A stretch of 64,000 bases of DNA, from positions 62,001 to 126,000 of the forward strand of contig MCFE01000107.1 in assembly GCA_002104905.1 (NCBI GenBank), in the 5' to 3' direction. The stretch's first letter is position 1, and every line of letters starts with the position of its first letter. This document shows positions 1 through 10,514 of this stretch, one piece after another. The DNA is from Basidiobolus meristosporus CBS 931.73 (Eukaryota; Fungi; Basidiobolomycota). Below the pieces are notes generated by a model. That model was given only the letters and a program-made list of their open reading frames with translations, had not been told where the DNA came from and made no database searches. Made by a program: the position numbers and the translations under genes.

Positions 1-993
1 ACCACCGTCAAGCCTACCTCTACCCCCAAGCCCACCATTACCACCACCACCACCGCTCCTGCTGCTACCCAGACCGTCACATCCATTGATGGTACCTGCG
101 GCTTGAAGAACAACATTCTTGTCCAATGCGAACCTGGTAACTGCTGCTCCCAATATGGATACTGTGGCAGCACTGAGGAGTACTGCAAGGGAACCACTCC
201 CCAACCTCAACCCAGTGTTACTCCTGGCAAGCCCACCGGTAACGTTGTCCCTGGTCAGGTCATCGAAACCTGCAGCAAAGCTGGTACTTTCGCCGTCACC
301 TTCGATGATGGGCCAAGTGATATGACCGGTAAACTCCTTGACGACTTGAAGAAGAGAAATGCCAAGGTCACCTTCTTCGTTGTTGGTCAAAGTAAGTGGT
401 CGTTTCTTTGTGGTTGTGAGAAATGGCATCGGTGCAAAGAGGCATTTCCAAACCTCACAATTGCTAATGAAAATATGTGCTAACTCTGCTTTTGCGAATG
501 CTTAGTGCTCGAGAATGCTCAAGGTCGCCAATACCTCAAGCGTGCCTATGATGAAGGCCACCACATCGCCTCCCACACCTACACCCACATCAGCCTGGCC
601 AAGTCATCCGAGGCATTGATCCGCAGTGAGATGCAAAAGACCTCCGATGCCATCTTCAAGGTCATTGGCAAGCGCCCCCAGTACATGCGCCCACCTTATG
701 GTGAGTACAATGCCAAGTCCCTTGCCATCATGAAGGACATGGGATACAAGGTGATCTACTGGAACGTCGACACCCTTGACTGGCAAACCAAGAGCTCCCA
801 GAAGAGCCTGGATGTGTACAAGAAGACTCTTGCCAAGGCCAACCTCAAGAACGACCGCTTCATCTCGCTCCAACACGACATCCAGCCCAGCACCATCCAA
901 GCAGCCGGTGGCATCCTTGACGCCGTCATCAAGTCAGGCTTCAAGATCACCACTGTTGCTGACTGCCTTGGTGACTCTGGATTGTACTACTAA
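1..993 (+). CDS. CDA: Chitin deacetylase / CE4 polysaccharide deacetylase with N-terminal hevein-like (CBM18) chitin-binding module; 5' end outside window; exons <1-391 and 506-993
   Basis: Frame +1 is open from base 1. It encodes a Thr/Pro linker, then GTCG...C...CCSQYGYCGSTEEYC (chitin-binding type 1), then all five CE4 motifs: TFDDGP, SHTYTH, RPPYG, DTLDW, LQHD. Splicing 392-505 joins a|tg into an in-frame ATG; stop TAA at 991-993. The symbol is family-level only. Confidence 0.95.
392..505 (+). other. Spliceosomal intron (114 nt, phase 1)
   Basis: GTAAGT donor at 392, GCTAAC branch site at 479-484, TAG acceptor at 503-505. Contains an in-frame TAA (481-483); removal fuses the two ORF-track pieces into one CE4 domain. 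Confidence 0.93.
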
Positions 994-1105
994 ACAATAA
1001 CGGGGCATGCTTCGCTCCTCATGCTGAACACTTCCGATATTAGCTAATTTAATGGTCGTATAGAGAGCTGTCGCTTAATCCATTTTTGTGTACGTTTTCG
1101 AACTC

Positions 1106-1111
1106 AATAAA
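1106..1111 (+). promoter_or_regulatory. Possible polyadenylation signal of the deacetylase gene
   Basis: AATAAA ~110 nt after the stop codon; motif only. Confidence 0.3.
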
Positions 1112-2114
1112 CCCCTCGGCACTGACAAGCCAATTCAAAGAGATGTCGCTCTATGGTGGCAAAGCCGAAGATAATGGCTTGATGATACCTGGCTCATGGT
1201 TCCTGGCAGTAATGACTGATGTCTTCGTGCTCTGGAGCTCAATTGATGCGACTCCGTAATTATCGGCTCGTTTGTGGATGCGGCTACCACTATCCGATTG
1301 GTCTCCCCTGTATAATCCATTGATATTGCGGATCCTCATTTCTTGGTAGTGTCCATAAATTTCCAGACGCATTTTAGCCATAGTACCACTGATGATTGAA
1401 TTTTCGGTTCGATGCCATGAACCTGTTAGATATTCGTAGCTCCCTGTTGAACGTATAACTCAGCCAAACCCACTAGCATTTATTACTTGAGCATGCAGGA
1501 CTCTCTGCAGCAGCAATGCAAAGCCTCTAACCGTCTCTGGGGTTGACAAACAGTCAACACCCAACAGTGTTTGCCCAATATTGTCAAAAGAATCGCAATC
1601 AGTTTCCGCTCAAGTCCAATCAATACACCATATGCTAGAAGACTGCTGCAAGATACCGACCGCATGACATAGAGCTATGAATACCTCTGCAACATCAATA
1701 AAATACCATCAGGACAGTTGCCTCCTCAAAGATCAAAAACCTAGTGAAAGCAATGCTGGTTAGCCCCCCATGAGCTTCTGCTGCTTACCTCCCCCCTTTT
1801 CTCACCACTTAAACCACAATACCTAATATACTCCAGTTTTCCTGTAAACTATCTGGCCATAATCACTCTCACCATCTTTACCAGCAGATGCTAGTGTTTT
1901 ACTTACCTTTGTTGTATGTTGATCTGGTAATCAAGACGCAGGATACATCTGGAGATTTCATTGCAAGACTGATAGAGAAATGTTATCCTGTGGCAGAGTG
2001 GTACTGATGCCATCCAGATGTCATCCAAGTTTCTGATGATATGAAATGCATGCTAGGGACTGTTGTCAGAATTTTTGAGATGCTAGATATGATAGGTAGT
2101 GCATGTAAATTCCA

Positions 2115-3200
2115 ATCTCATCAAGATATAACCTTCAGATTCATCATGGATGCAATTGGTTGGCACATGGAGGACAGCCAGGAAGGCATGGAAAATACTG
2201 AGGACATATGGGCACATGGAGACACCTATACCTTAGGCATCAAGAAGCTAAGCAGCCCTAAAGCATGAGTAAACAGTTAAGCAATGCAAGGTTTAGTTGG
2301 ACACAACAAGGAAATAATCTTTATTAGGACAACTTTACTAAAGTATCCTGGGTTTCTCCTAGTTACAAGCCAATTTCTACACCATTCAATATGGAACTCA
2401 CACAAACAAGACCCTGTGGACACCCATAAGGGGGACTAGAATCCAGCAGGGAGAAGGAATAGATTGGTCAAGTAACAAAAAGTTCTTTGCAGATATTCAG
2501 GAGGTATTCATGGCAAAAGTGGTGGCAACTAAGCATATGCTTGCAAGATGTATATGCTACCAGAAATACAAGGTTTATGGCAGCCTTGCCAGTATTACAC
2601 TGTAAAGCCATAAAGTTGAGGTGACAGAAGTGTGTCAGTTGCAGCAGTTGTGCCGGTTGGAGAGGTTAGTAAGCAAGAGTCCATAGTCTCTTTATTCTAA
2701 CTATACATGGAAGTCTCATAGTGGTAGTGGGTAATCACCTAAAGAAGGGTGATTCCACAGTGAAATATATGGATGACACCAGGAAAGGTAGAATAGGAAA
2801 TACCATTTGGTAGGTTGATATGGTAGCATTACTCTGAACTAGCTGTAGGTAACCATACTGCCATTATTTTCCCAGCAGAAGTCTGCAAGGAGCCCATCTA
2901 ACACTATCATTTTTTTTGCCATACAAGGCAACTGGATGTATTGGCTGGTCAGGTCCAATCAAATAAATGTAGAGTGCATCAAGACTGTCAAAATGGCATA
3001 TATTCTTGCCAAAACACCATTGAGATACTTTCAAAATTATAATTTCATTTGGCAGTAATACCAGCAAAACTCTGTCATGAGCCCACCATAAGATTGTGTA
3101 GAGGGCCAATAGTTCCAAGCTACTGGCATTATAACAGCCTTATTGGAAGACCCTAATGGCGGATCAGGATTGGATCCACCTGCACAACCATATTATTTTT
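2115..3200 (+). mobile_element. CACTA/EnSpm relic (region downstream of the transposase core)
   Basis: Colinear by eye with 3975-4985 and with 41310-42390, which directly follows a recognisable CACTA transposase C-terminus. Confidence 0.7.
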
Positions 3201-3720
3201 CATAGGAGATACTTCTTTACCACTTGTTTAGAGCTTTTGGCCTTGCTTTAAACAGACTCTGGAGGAAGCTGCTGGTTTTTAGCCATGGCACCCTTGTACT
3301 TGTGCCTCTGATGGTTTCTGCCAATCTTGAAGTATTTTCTTAGCACACCAATGCTGACCCAAAATCTATTTGGTTGTGTGAATCCAGGCTAATGCCCATG
3401 TTACAGATTAATCACATTCTGGTTGGCCTTGAGTGCCTGATGGTCTTACAGCATGCTGGCTTTTGTTGATGGCATGCTAGACCTCTTGCAGCCCCCTGAA
3501 CATTGGCCCACACTTCATCATTACACTCAACAGTGTCACAAATCTTCAATGTCTTTTGATTTTTAGGCTTTAATATAAATACCACAGTCTCTGCCTACCA
3601 TACTATAATAGGTTTTCTGTAGGCTTTGTCTTTGGGCATTGTTGTTGTGCTTTAAAGGCCTTACAATGCTCCTCTACTGTGACATTGCAAAATGGCTTGT
3701 CAACACTAAAGCAATATTTA
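3200..3720 (-). repeat. ORF-X repeat fragment (unknown protein)
   Basis: Minus strand reads DKPFCNVTVEEHCKAFKAQQQCPK, matching the copies at ~9130 (+) and ~29040 (-). Confidence 0.7.
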
Positions 3721-3734
3721 TCTAAAGGTAGATT

Positions 3735-4985
3735 CTCAATGCCAATCTAGTGCATCTATAGCTTTTATGGAAGGAGTTTCTGACAGCATTTGAGCAGCTA
3801 TACTGCAAGCATATAGTAGAATGAGTTGATCTTTGCCACTACTGCACCCATTCACTTCTTAATCTTGCTTGGTATGAAGAGTATTGGATCTTGTTTCATC
3901 TTTTGCCAGCTTCCTACAGAGCTGATGTGTAAGGAGAGAGGAAGACAAGTCAAGTGGTAAGTACTACTGTATCTCAAGCTCATTAACAATATCACCTTCA
4001 GGTCTGTCATGGGTGTGATATAGTGACACATGGAGGACAGCCAGGAAGAGTTGGATAATACTGGGGGCAGATGTGCACATGGTGACACCTATGCCTTTGG
4101 CATTGGGAAGCTAGGCAGTCCTAATGTGCGGGTGACCAGTTGAGTAAGGCAGGTTGGATTGGACTTAACATGCAGCTAATTTTTATCAGGACAACTTTAT
4201 CAAAGTATGTTGGTTCCCTCCTGGTTACAAGCCAATTTGTACACCATTCAGTACAAAATACATGCAAACAAGCACCAGAGCATACCCATAAAGGGGAATA
4301 GAGCCCAGCAAGAAAAGCAACTCATAGGCCAAGAACCAAAGAGTTTTTGTGGATATTGAGGAGGTGTTCATGGCAAAAGTAGTGGCAACCAAGCATATAT
4401 TTGGAAGATGCACATGCTACCAATAATATAAGGTATACAGCAACTTTGCAAGTATTGCACTGAAAGGTTTTTTGATTCAGGCAATATGTGGGTTACCCAT
4501 GGTAATAGTGGATCAGCAGATAAGTTGGGGTGATTCTACAATGTAGTATATGAATGGTGCAAAGGGAGATAGCAAAAGGAATTACTACTTGCTAAGCTGG
4601 TATGGCAGCTTTGTACAGGACTAGCTGTGGGCCACTATACTGCCATCATAATACCAACAAGTGTATACATCAAGGCCTTTAAAACACCATTAGGTTTGCT
4701 CCATATAAGGCATTTGAATATACTAGCTTGTAGAGTCTACTCAAATGAGTATAGACTGAAGTAAGATTGTCAGAATCCTATGCAAATACTGCTCATGAAC
4801 CACTCAAACACTGTCAAGTTTATCCAGCAGTAAAATTAGCAAAAGAATAATACAATCCCATCATAAAGCTGTGAAGTGGTTTGTTAATTCCAAGCTGCTG
4901 GCATTATGACTGCCTCATTTCAGGATACCAATGGCTGATCCTAATTGTATCCACCTGCAGGCCCAAATTATTTCTCATAAGGCAT
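3735..4985 (+). mobile_element. CACTA/EnSpm transposase relic, C-terminal (DUF4218-like) part
   Basis: KEFLTAFEQLYCKH...DLCHYCTHSLLNLA aligns with KEFVSGFEWLYYKN...DLCCHSFCYLLHLA (41100-41240). Confidence 0.75.
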
Positions 4986-4988
4986 AGT

Positions 4989-5594
4989 TGTTGTTTCATC
5001 ACAAAGGGGGATCTTGTCATTCTAAAGACAGAAAAGCATCTTTGCCTATATAAGAACAAACTTGGGAAATAATCAAATGTAATAAAAGATACCTACCCTG
5101 AGTGTTCCCCACAAGTAATGCATCCAAGGTCAGTTGGCTGTCCACATATTGGAAGCTCAGGTAGCAACAGGTAGCTGTGATCATACTAATTAGCAAGCTG
5201 GTATACTGATAAAAGGGATGATGATTTATTGTTAAGGGCTTGCCTCCCTTAAATACTGTTCCCACTGCCTGAGTGATTACTAATTATGATGTTTTAGAAG
5301 GTTCTGGAGATCAATAGAAATCTTAATGACATCAGAATGACCTAAGAATATTCTAAGCATGTGCTGGAAGGTTCCAAGTGACACAGCACATCCAAGCAAT
5401 CAGAAACCAGTATTCTGAAACTTATGTAGCATAGGGATACCATATATGGTATGAAAATGCTAGGGATAGTGACATGGATTGGTCATATGTCATGAGTCCT
5501 GGTGCAGGTACTTGCCTAATACAGAAGTAGTTACTTCTAGTAATCTTACATAAAGTGAGGGAGAATTTATGCAATAAGGTATGCAGGTGTGATA
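4989..5594 (-). repeat. LTR-like repeat (family L2), probable solo LTR
   Basis: Reverse-complement homologue of 39093-39728; TG at the left end; no clear TSD; right boundary uncertain. Confidence 0.55.
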
Positions 5595-5714
5595 GTAAGC
5601 TGGCTTATGGCATAGTACTGATCAAATAAGACAAATGGGATAAAACTAAAATCATGGTAGTGGAAAAATAGGGAAGTAGAGAATATAGGAATGAGCACAT
5701 CTGTCAGTGGGTAT

Positions 5715-8700
5715 TACTGTGACCATACCACAGTGGCCTACAGCTAGTTCTATATTATGCTACTGTACCAATTCACCAAATGGTATTTCCTTTCTCTACC
5801 TCCCCTTGCACAATTCATATATTCAACTGTAGAATCATCCCTCTTTATTTGCTTACCCACTACTACCTTGTGTATTCCACATATAGCTCAAGCCAAAAAA
5901 AACTATGGCCTCCTGCTTACAGACCTTCATAAACTTGCACACCTGCCACAATTGACATGTTTCTATCACCTCAACTTTATGGCTTTTTAGTGCAATACTT
6001 GCAAAGTCACCATACCTTATATTGCTGGTAACATAAATATCTTGCAAACATATGCTTGGTTGCCATCACTTTTGCCATGAATACCTCCTGAATATCTGCA
6101 AAGAACATTTTGGTATTTAGCCAATAGACTTGTTCTGTTGGATAGTGCCACATTGAGCCATGAGTGCCAAATGATGCCCTAGTTTGCCAAGGAGGCCAAG
6201 TGAGCCTATACCTGGCCACAGAGTGTGAAACATAGCTCTGCATCTTCATGCAAAGTGGCCCCTGTGTTTCACCCATTGTGCTGGAGGAAAATCATTTTTT
6301 GACCATTTTTTTGGATCAATGTTGTGCAGGATGTGTAAGAGCACAATAGGATTGAAGATATGCATTTGGTACTCAATGCCCATGGCACTCTAAATCTAGC
6401 TCCTGTGGCTTGTATCATGTCACAAAAATGCACAGCACTATCTTGGTCCACTAGTACTCTCTGGCACTATAAGTGCTTTATACATGTTTTACTTTAGGGC
6501 TAATATTTACATAGAGTGCCAATAGTATCAGTGGACCAAGATAGTGCCATGAATTTTTGTGACATGATACAAGCCACAGGAGCTAGATTCAGAGTGCCAT
6601 GGGTATTGAGTATCAGATGCATGTCTTCAGTCCTTCTGTGCTCTCACACATCCTGCACAACATTGATTCAAAAAAAAGGTCAAAAAATGGATTTTCTCCA
6701 GCACAATGGGTGAAACACAGGGGCTGCTTTGCATGAAGATGAAGTGTCATGTTTCACACTCTGTGGCCAAGTTTAGGTCTACTATGCCTTTCTGGCAAGC
6801 AATGGCACTATTTGACACTCATGGCTCAATCTGGCACTATCTGACAGAATAAGTATAATATATTCCTTCTCTCTACTGGATTCTAGTACCTATCTCCCCA
6901 TACATCCACTCCATATGAAATTCCCAAAAGGAGAATCAAGGCCCAGTATTCTCCACACACCAAGCAAGATGGAGTAGAGAATTGATATAGTAGTGATGGA
7001 GATCCAGGCATACAGCTTTATGTATGTAGTATAACTACCCAGATCCCATCACAAACTCCTTGCACAAAAGCTGTAGATGCATCAAATTGTCATTGGTGAT
7101 CTGCATCTGGTCAAATACTCCTACAATGTCCACATATGACTCCCACTGCTTTCATTTTACTCTTGGTAGAAGTGTTTTCAGAAGGCCACCTGAATAAGTA
7201 CATATCAAGTTCATCTAGTCCTTGTGTTTGTATTGTTGCATATGCATATGAAGGTTGATTTGAGTCCATAAGAAGTACTTAGGGTTGTGAATACACTGTA
7301 ATATCTTGACAATTCTTTTAAATTTCATTGTCATCTTGAAGGGCTCATTTGGTCTGAGATGCCTCAAGGACAACTTGGTCATCAGTATTTGGATATAATT
7401 CAAAAGCAAGCGCATTGCTCCCAGTGAAAAGCTTTTGCTCCAACAGATACCATCTATCACAAGTATCTCTGTTTCCAATTAATTCCATTTTCCAGCCAAT
7501 GGCTTATAGGCTGCCAACATTGATGCAATTACATGCTAACATCTTTATGTTCTCTCTGAAGGAAGATGATGTTTGCAGTGTTGGTGCTTGGATTATAGTA
7601 GTGAGTGTGAGTTTTGGAGTAAATCCCCTGAATCCCACACATTCACCAGCAATACCATCCATTAAGCCTGGAAAAGCTGGCTATCTTGCTGATAGCTGGG
7701 GTATCTCCAATGCAGACAATAATATGAGCTTGAAATGATAGCTGTTGGCTGTTATCCTGCAGGAAAGCATATAAACCACATCCAGCAATGGATACAGGTA
7801 GCCATCCAGGTTGGACAGTCCTTTAGGCCAAATGCCAGTGATAATACAATGGATTTCTGCCCTGGTACTGTAGATAGGTGACAGATTCAGGTTGATGAGA
7901 ATCAGTGGCCAGTAGAGTTTGTTTGTAGTGTACCTGTTTAATGAGAATCCATCAAGTGCCAAGGCAAAGGCATGGTCATACATACCTTCATATTAGCCCT
8001 TACTTCCTAGTTGTTGGTAATATTTGCCATCAAAAATGTTGTATATGTTTGTGCTTGATAGATACTGAGTGCAGTACTTTATAGCTTCAAAATATTTGAT
8101 GGACTGCATAATCTTCTATAGATGAGGTAATACTGGAATATATCTGGAGTGTGAACAATCTTTCCCCCCAACAGTGGTGGATTCCAGACAAGTTGGACAC
8201 CTTACAATGGTGGTGGTTCCTGATGTGAATGCCATGCAACTTTCGACACATGTTGGTGGCAGAGTGGTCTCTGGTTCATATGTTGCCAGCTGACAGCTGT
8301 TCATTTTGACCATGTATGTGGTAAGTTACAATTTGGGGTGATTTAGGCAAGAAGTAGTAGTAATTCCTCAAAGCCCCCATTACTGATATTGGTGGAAATG
8401 GGCCAGTTCTCTAGTTGCATTATCACATCATTCACCAGTAGATAGATTACTGCGCTCACTTGACTCCATAAAGCATCCTTGGCATTTTTTTCCATGGGTG
8501 TTGTCTCAATGCATATTGGGATTTTGCTGGGCTAATTCAGGGTACTGTTGTAAGCATATATAGGTGCACAATCCATTAGTGAGCCTTCTTCTTCAGAGAT
8601 ATTACTTTGCATGCCATATTCAGAGGCTGTAGTGAGCCTAAAGGTGTCACAAGCTCACCTGATTTAGTTTGTGCAAGGTGACAAGTATGGGCAGGTTGAC

Positions 8701-8900
8701 ATTCAGTGCAACAAGGGGGGCTACAACTAAAAAGGCCATGTAGCCAGTGTGCCCACTGAAGGTAATAATGCAGACTTCTCAGTCTCTCAGACAAGTTGGC
8801 AACTGAGAATTTCTGCAGAGCCAAAAGCTGACCCCAATGTTCAGGCAGATGAGAATGTGGCAAAGCAGTACCTTCATTTGAAGACCAGCAAGTGACCATC
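5715..8900 (-). mobile_element. CACTA/EnSpm transposase pseudogene, most complete copy, interrupted by a MITE
   Basis: Motifs in expected order on the minus strand: NISNGGFEELLLLL; CVESCMAFT..RCPTC (8116-8313); NIFDGKYYQQL; ALDGFS..WPLILINLNLSP..GIWPK..DGYLYPL (7681-7983); DIPAISKIAGFS; LLHLAWCVENTGP.FSFWEF.ME. These match the Tnp2/Transposase_21 plus DUF4218 pattern. Many stops and frameshifts. Confidence 0.85.
6126..6856. mobile_element. MITE (731 bp) with ~340-bp terminal inverted repeats and AAT TSD
   Basis: 6126-6465 is the reverse complement of 6516-6856 (roughly 85% by eye) around a ~50-bp spacer. AAT at 6123-6125 and 6857-6859. Removing the element restores ccaatatattcc, identical to the uninterrupted CACTA copy near 41650. 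Confidence 0.92.
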
Positions 8901-10468
8901 ATAAATCACCACCATTTGTATTAGCAAGTGTGCTGTCAGCTCATACCAAACCATTAATGTGCCAATTAGGTGCAGTGGCTGATAACATAGATGCAATGGC
9001 CTGAGAAATCAGGAAATATTCCAGAGCCCTGGTGAGCAGATAATATGTGTAGAGCAATCAATATCCCAGGTAAAGAAAGGAATATCTTTGATGAGAAGAA
9101 AGAGCTCTAGGAGCTCATGTCATAGACAAGAATTGAGCCATTTCCTAATATAACAGCAGAGGAACACCATACAGGCATTGAAGCACAGAAGCAGTGCCCA
9201 AAGATAATGCCCACAGGTGACCTTTTCACAGCATGGGAGGGAGAAGCAGTAGTGCTTTTACCACTGCCTTAACACCAAAAGACATTAAAGATCAGTGAAG
9301 CTGTGGAGTGCAATGATAATGAGTGGGCTAATATTTGAGAGGCCATTAGAAGCTTAGCACACCAGCACCTTAAGGCCAGCATTCCACAAGACAATCAGGA
9401 ACTCAAGGCCAAGCAGAATGTACTTGACATTTCCATGAGCATAATCCTGAATTCAAACAAGCAAACAGATTTTAGGCCAGGATAGGTATGCTATGAAAGT
9501 ATCTCAAGAATAGCAGGAAATCTCAAAGGCAGAAGAACAAGGGTGCAATATCTAAAAACCGGCAACTTCTGTAAGAGCTTGTTACAAGCAGGGCCAAAAG
9601 CTCCAAACAAGCATCAAAGAGACATCAGGTAGCTGGAAGAGTGTCAATAAGGGACAAGCAGGGAGATATGGATGAACCAGCACAACATTTGTCAAGGAAC
9701 AAGCTTAGTTCCACTCAAGTAGCAGTCAGCCAAAATAGTAGTGAAGGACATGGCAGTGATAATTACCAGCAGCTACCTCAGGAGCCCATCACAACTTGTG
9801 CTGAGAGCTCAAAACAAGTGGGAAGGAAATGTCAGGTTGCCTGCAGAGCTCCAGCAAAGGACAAGCAGGCCAAAACAGATGGATCAGAGCAGAATTTAGC
9901 AAGGCAATAACATACTTCAAAACAAGGAGAACTCAAATAAAGTAGCAGTCAAAGATCTGGCAGTAATAAAGGAAAAGGTAAAGGGAAAAAAGTCTACCCA
10001 AGCCAGGGACAGGGAAGCATAAGAAAGAAGCTGCAGCTCTTGCTAATTAGTTCCAAAAGCCCAGAATAGGTTGAATCTCATCATTGCCAAGAGGTTTACT
10101 AACAAGAAAACAACTGTTTTCACAAGTGTTGTAAGTGCAACTAGTGGAGCCACACTCAAGTGAGCTAGATAAGGTTGCAGAGAAAGGCAATTTCTCTACC
10201 GCAGCCTCCACATCCTCCACATCCTCCATTTTTGACACAGTCAAGATTCCACTGAAAGACAAAGTAACAGTGTCAAGAACTCAAAAGATTATTACAATGC
10301 CTTCAGTGGAATTTGCAGCACTAATAGGTGCACCAAGATGTTGCAGCACTTCTTCAAGAGCAGTGCTTAAGAGAACATGCTTGAATATTGCAAGAATTTA
10401 TTGCAAAGACTGGCAGATGAAGTGCTAGACCTAGCAGTGCTGGCTGAAGACCAGGATGTATTGTAACC
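8900..10468 (+). repeat. ORF-X repeat, long degenerate copy
   Basis: IEPFPNITAEEHH...AWEGE (~9130-9245) and DEVLDLAV (10416-10439) are shared with copies at 27090-29320, 52413-52628 and 58525-58716. Confidence 0.75.
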
Positions 10469-10514
10469 AGGGAGTAGTTGAGCAGTACTATGCAAGTTCC
10501 TTTGAGCAGTATTC

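Noticed and set aside
1460-1612. In-frame TGAs as selenocysteine or recoded codons
   Set aside because: No selenoprotein-like motif or SECIS recognised; TGA acts as a stop elsewhere (38508-38510); mutational decay or chance is simpler.
6125-6857. TA-duplicating Tc1/mariner or TAG...CTA termini for the MITE
   Set aside because: Empty-site comparison at two loci fits a 3-bp AAT/ATT duplication; the alternative boundaries would leave only a 1-bp duplication.
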